This document shows positions 47,137 through 50,755 of a stretch of DNA of 50,755 bases, one piece after another. The position numbers and the translations under genes were made by a program. The notes under the pieces are model-generated. The model was not told the DNA's origin, ran no database searches, and saw nothing but the letters and a program-made list of their open reading frames with translations. The DNA is taken from positions 1 to 50,755 of IMG/VR virus record IMGVR_UViG_3300037195_001443; one strand, 5' to 3'. Position 1 is the first letter of the stretch, and each line of letters begins with the position of its first letter. Origin of the DNA: a virus. Lineage: Duplodnaviria; Caudoviricetes.

Positions 47137-47411
47137 TGCCAAGAAATGAAAATGACACTTCCTGGTCATCTGTAACTATTGTTCCAGATACTTCGTATAC
47201 TGCAAGTGCGGTGGCTCCTGTTACTTCATATGCTGTTGCTGAGGCAGTGCCTAATTCTTCTTATGTTGTACAGTCTACTAGCCCATCAAATCAATATGAA
47301 AGTTATGAGAGACATTTTTGGAATACGGCAGATGATTTTTTTGATATGAGATGGGATACTCTTATTACTGATGAACTTGATCCAAATAATGTTTTATGGG
47401 GGCCGTCATAA
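47136..47411 (+). CDS. Small protein with ~11-aa P-x-(T/S)-S-Y repeats
   Basis: DTSW…PDTSY…PVTSY…PNSSY…PSNQY. Confidence 0.6.
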   Translation: MPRNENDTSWSSVTIVPDTSYTASAVAPVTSYAVAEAVPNSSYVVQSTSPSNQYESYERHFWNTADDFFDMRWDTLITDELDPNNVLWGPS

Positions 47412-47689
47412 TGGTTATGAAAGAATTAATGGAACGCGTTGGCACTTCTAATTTTGGATTTGCTAATGCATATTTAGAGGATGCAATACGTGAATCAAAT
47501 ATGCTTATTGAGGAATCTGTGGCTACTGCTAAGACAAATTTGGTAAAAGACCAGCGTTATTATGCGATGGAGTCTGCTCAGATAACTGGTCTTGTTAAAT
47601 TGCTTAATATAGCAATATTGGATACAGAATCTAGTGAATATCGTCCAATAAGCCGTGTTGTTGGTCAAACAAGTATAGATGAGGTTTAA
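47411..47689 (+). CDS. Adaptor-like protein (resembles the N-terminal half)
   Basis: MKELMERVG…AYLEDAIRE…TNLVKDQRYYAM; TAATG-coupled start at 47411. Confidence 0.5.
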   Translation: MVMKELMERVGTSNFGFANAYLEDAIRESNMLIEESVATAKTNLVKDQRYYAMESAQITGLVKLLNIAILDTESSEYRPISRVVGQTSIDEV

Positions 47690-47691
47690 AT

Positions 47692-48069
47692 ATGAGTCAT
47701 CAGCTTAGAAGAATTAATAATACTAAATATGGTTATTATATGGAAGGTGGCAATGTTGGTATTCTTGAGCAGAATACAACTACAAAACATTGGGAGAGTC
47801 CGACTAAATCAATCACTAATGGGATTCTTGTTACATTTACCAAGATGCCTACAATGCCAACATCAGAGTCCTCTACGGTTCCAGTAGATAATGAACTTGC
47901 GATTGCATTGGTTGATTACGTAAAGGCAAAGTTTTTTGAACAAGATGGTGAATATGAAAAAAGGGAGTTTCATATGAGAGAATTTAAAAAGAAAGTGTTC
48001 CAATACCAGAAGAACAGACATGGTGGTTTAAAGCAGACTATGCCTGTTGGTGCTTGGGCAATCAGATAA
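47692..48069 (+). CDS. Adaptor-like protein (resembles the C-terminal half)
   Basis: PTMPTSESSTVPVDNELAIALVDYVKAKFFEQDG. Confidence 0.55.
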   Translation: MSHQLRRINNTKYGYYMEGGNVGILEQNTTTKHWESPTKSITNGILVTFTKMPTMPTSESSTVPVDNELAIALVDYVKAKFFEQDGEYEKREFHMREFKKKVFQYQKNRHGGLKQTMPVGAWAIR

Positions 48070-48079
48070 AGGAGAGAAT

Positions 48080-48337
48080 ATGGCTTTAACATTTGATACA
48101 CAAAAAGGATTACAGGATTTTACTGTTCAGGAAAGTACTGCTCCATATATAAAGGCTGTTGTAAGTGATGGTTCTACTGCGGTAGATGCTTGCAGGGCTG
48201 TTTATATTAAGGTTGCTGGCAATTATGCTTTGACAGTGAACGGAACCGCGGTGACATTTACTGGACTTTTGGCGGGTACTATTTATCCAATATCGTGTAC
48301 TCTTGCCAGTAGTGCAAATGTAATACATCTTTACTAA
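48080..48337 (+). CDS. Capsid spike-base-like small beta protein (RcGTA Rcc01079-like)
   Basis: CRAVYIKVAGNYAL…VTFTGLLAGTIYPI motif; AAGGAG RBS supports start 48080. Confidence 0.6.
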   Translation: MALTFDTQKGLQDFTVQESTAPYIKAVVSDGSTAVDACRAVYIKVAGNYALTVNGTAVTFTGLLAGTIYPISCTLASSANVIHLY

Positions 48338-48822
48338 TGGCTGGGTTATCTGGAAATTCAGTAGGTCAAACCTACAAGGACCTTTTAACTATTCTTGGTT
48401 CAACTGCTGGGGAGGGGTTAGAAGCAACAGAGAAACAGGTATATGATGGAGATGGTGTTGGCGCGGCTATAAAGCTTAGTACTAATAGTGTTAATCTTAC
48501 TGGGACTTTTAAACTTGGTGATACAGAGGTTACTTCTACGGCTACTGAATTGAATCTTTTGGATGGTGCTGCTGTAACTACAGAAGAAATAAATTTGCTT
48601 AGTGGGATGACATCAATATCAGGTCAAGTGTCATTACCATTGACTTATAATAGCATATCGGAAATTGTGTCTGGTAATCTTGTTGAATATCAAAATGACG
48701 ATACAGAAAAATTCTCCATTGATTACAATGGAGTCTTAAATCTTGCTACTCAGAGTAGTACGCCAACAGCGGTTGCTGGCGGTCTATACTTTGATGGCAC
48801 AAGTATATACATAGGAGTATAA
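48337..48822 (+). CDS. Fibre/spike-like structural protein
   Basis: VTSTATELNLLDG / VTTEEINLLSG repeats. Confidence 0.6.
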   Translation: MAGLSGNSVGQTYKDLLTILGSTAGEGLEATEKQVYDGDGVGAAIKLSTNSVNLTGTFKLGDTEVTSTATELNLLDGAAVTTEEINLLSGMTSISGQVSLPLTYNSISEIVSGNLVEYQNDDTEKFSIDYNGVLNLATQSSTPTAVAGGLYFDGTSIYIGV

Positions 48823-48823
48823 A

Positions 48824-50011
48824 ATGGCAGTATGGAAAGAAGTATTAACAAGCGCATCAGCGGCTGGGTCGTTCCCTACCCTTAACCAGAGTACAAACGG
48901 TACTGCGGCTATAGCTACAGCTATAACTGTTGCAGATGAGAGTACGGATGAAACATGTTTTCCGTTGTTTTCAACAGATGCAACTGGCGATTTAGGACCA
49001 AAGTCTGGTGATAATTTAACATTTAATTCAGCTACGGGTTTATTGACTGCAACTGGAGTTACCGCAACTGGTACAGTTACAGGCGTAACGGTTCATGGCT
49101 CAACGGCAGTACAAACTGCGGCAATTCAATATACAGATGGCGACTCTGCATTGACTATTGCTGATGGTGGTGGATTAACTACATCAGGTACACTGGCTAC
49201 TGGCGGGGCTATAACCACTACTAGTCTTAATGCTACTGGTACTATAACTAGTGGAGGTACTTTAAAACTTAGTAATAATACTATAGCAAATTCAGAAGGT
49301 ACAACTACTATCACTTTAGATACTGATGAGGGCGTGACTATTGCGGGGGACTTAGTAGTTAGCGGGAGTACAACGACTATTAATACAACAACTCTTGAGG
49401 TGGAAGATGAAAGTATTACCCTGGCTAATATAGCCGATACTAGCACTGCGGCGCAACATGCATCAGCGGCTGAGGGTGCTGGTATAAATGTTGAGATTAT
49501 GTCTGCTAGCGGTATAATGGGTATAACTGGTATAACTGCAGGTAGTGGTTATGCATTAGATGAAACTTTCACTAAAGATGCGTCTAATGGCACAGGTTTT
49601 GCTGGTAAAATTTCTTCAATAAATGGCTCTGGTGGAATAACAGGAATTACAATTACAAATCATGGTACAGGCTATACTGCTAATGTTTCTGTTGAATCTA
49701 GTGATTTTACAACTACTAATGGGACAAGTGGTGCTTTACAAGCCGTAAAATGTGATGGTACACAGAACCCAGAGATTTTTTGGAAAACTGGTCAGGGTGG
49801 TGGTCTTGATGGTACAGGTAGCGCAAATGGCTTAACTGGATGGATGGTTCGTCCTAGACGGCAGACAAATGGAGCATTCTTTTCTGTAGCAGTAATGACA
49901 TTTGGGACAGGCGATGAAGATGGTGTTGGTGGCTCTGCGGGTAATGCGGCTGGTACGGGTTCATTTTATTTAGATACTGATTCTACCAAATTATGGATTA
50001 GGACTTCTTAA
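48824..50011 (+). CDS. Tail or head fibre protein
   Basis: Thr/Gly-rich; GDLVVSGSTTTINTTTLEVEDESITL; ITGITITNHGTGYT. Confidence 0.75.
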   Translation: MAVWKEVLTSASAAGSFPTLNQSTNGTAAIATAITVADESTDETCFPLFSTDATGDLGPKSGDNLTFNSATGLLTATGVTATGTVTGVTVHGSTAVQTAAIQYTDGDSALTIADGGGLTTSGTLATGGAITTTSLNATGTITSGGTLKLSNNTIANSEGTTTITLDTDEGVTIAGDLVVSGSTTTINTTTLEVEDESITLANIADTSTAAQHASAAEGAGINVEIMSASGIMGITGITAGSGYALDETFTKDASNGTGFAGKISSINGSGGITGITITNHGTGYTANVSVESSDFTTTNGTSGALQAVKCDGTQNPEIFWKTGQGGGLDGTGSANGLTGWMVRPRRQTNGAFFSVAVMTFGTGDEDGVGGSAGNAAGTGSFYLDTDSTKLWIRTS

Positions 50012-50208
50012 TGAGTAAACTGGTTCCTCAAGCAGTGAGGGAATCGGTGGTAAAGAAAGCCTCACTCAGTATTAAAGACACCGACTTCCTTTTAAAACTT
50101 ATTCTGAAGTCAACCTTTGAAGGCTCTGAACTTGAAGTTGCCTTTAGGGTGATGGAGAAACTTGCAACCATGCATAAGGGGTATCTTGATGAGACTGACA
50201 GCAGATGA
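50011..50208 (+). CDS. Small fibre-associated (chaperone-like) protein
   Basis: Lies between two fibre genes; paralog of the next ORF. Confidence 0.55.
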   Translation: MSKLVPQAVRESVVKKASLSIKDTDFLLKLILKSTFEGSELEVAFRVMEKLATMHKGYLDETDSR

Positions 50209-50338
50209 GTTAATGTTTATTTTAAGAACTCTTCAAGCGTGTACTATACAGGGGAAAGACGCAGAAATGCTTGTAAAATTAATGAATAAAGTTGGTAAGG
50301 GCTTTGAGCGTCAAGTCAAAAAGGAGAATACTGAGTAA
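50189..50338 (+). CDS. Small fibre-associated protein (49 aa; not in ORF track)
   Basis: AAGGGG RBS; MRLTADELMFILRTLQACTIQGKDAEMLVKLMNKVGKGFERQVKKENTE. Confidence 0.6.
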   Translation: MRLTADELMFILRTLQACTIQGKDAEMLVKLMNKVGKGFERQVKKENTE

Positions 50339-50755
50339 TGGCAACCTGGAAACAAGTCTCTTTTAGCGACCATACCCACTCATATGCGCCTACAGCTAGT
50401 CCTACATTTACTGGCACCGCCACGTTCACCGGAAATGTAACTGTTGATGTAGCAGGAAATGCTGAATTGAAAATAGATGGTGGAGATGCTAATTATTCTA
50501 CGCTTTGGTTAGGACAGGATGGGGCAAAAAGATGGGAGATACAAAACCATCCAACTGCTGATGAATTACAATTTCATTCTAATACTACGTCTGATATACT
50601 GAAATTATCCCAAGCTGGGGTTGCCACGTTTGCTGGAAAAGTTGATTTAACAAATGCCACTTCTTGGGAGCCTCAATTAAGAATATTTAGTACTCATACT
50701 GGTACTACTCCTGGGCAATTACAGTTTTGGAAAAAGCCTTCAGATAATTCAATGG
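50338..50755 (+). CDS. Fibre protein, 3'-truncated by the window edge
   Basis: MATWKQVSFSDHTHSYAPTASPTFTGTATFTGNVTV… open to the end of the window; AAGGAG RBS. Confidence 0.75.
   Translation, partial: MATWKQVSFSDHTHSYAPTASPTFTGTATFTGNVTVDVAGNAELKIDGGDANYSTLWLGQDGAKRWEIQNHPTADELQFHSNTTSDILKLSQAGVATFAGKVDLTNATSWEPQLRIFSTHTGTTPGQLQFWKKPSDNSM

Noticed and set aside
1-50755. Stop-codon reassignment as in some crAss-like phages
   Set aside because: Long genes are intact in the standard code and TAA, TAG and TGA all terminate well-packed ORFs
48824-50755. Diversity-generating retroelement acting on the fibres
   Set aside because: No reverse transcriptase motifs or TR/VR repeat pair visible in the window

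Overview
Most of a tailed dsDNA bacteriophage genome with podovirus-type organisation. It is AT-rich, uses the standard code, and is cut inside the tail-fibre/lysis region. The + strand carries late genes. From 34.7 kb to the end: terminase small subunit, a cassette of unknown cargo-like genes, terminase large subunit, P22-like portal, scaffold, major capsid, adaptors and tail fibres. From 1 to 20.2 kb: holin-like genes, GH108 endolysin, metallophosphoesterase, tail nozzle and internal/ejection proteins. The - strand arm (34.2 to 20.2 kb) holds early and replication genes: two ParB-like proteins, a Cas4-like exonuclease, a Rad52/Sak-like annealing protein, an SSB-like protein, DUF932, DnaB helicase and a Holliday-junction resolvase. 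I recognise no DNA polymerase, primase or integrase. The main discovery is a 2545-aa protein among the internal virion genes whose C-terminal third has, in the correct order, the motifs of a single-chain two-barrel RNA polymerase (crAss-like virion RNAP / YonO / QDE-1 type), with an atypical catalytic loop DQDHD. Other notable elements are an array of six abutting inverted-repeat modules (28946-29325) whose G-U pairing points to minus-strand structured RNA, a GC-rich first early gene flanked by strong hairpins, and a structure-dense divergent control/origin region (34.2-34.66 kb). All calls come from reading motifs by eye; no database searches were run.
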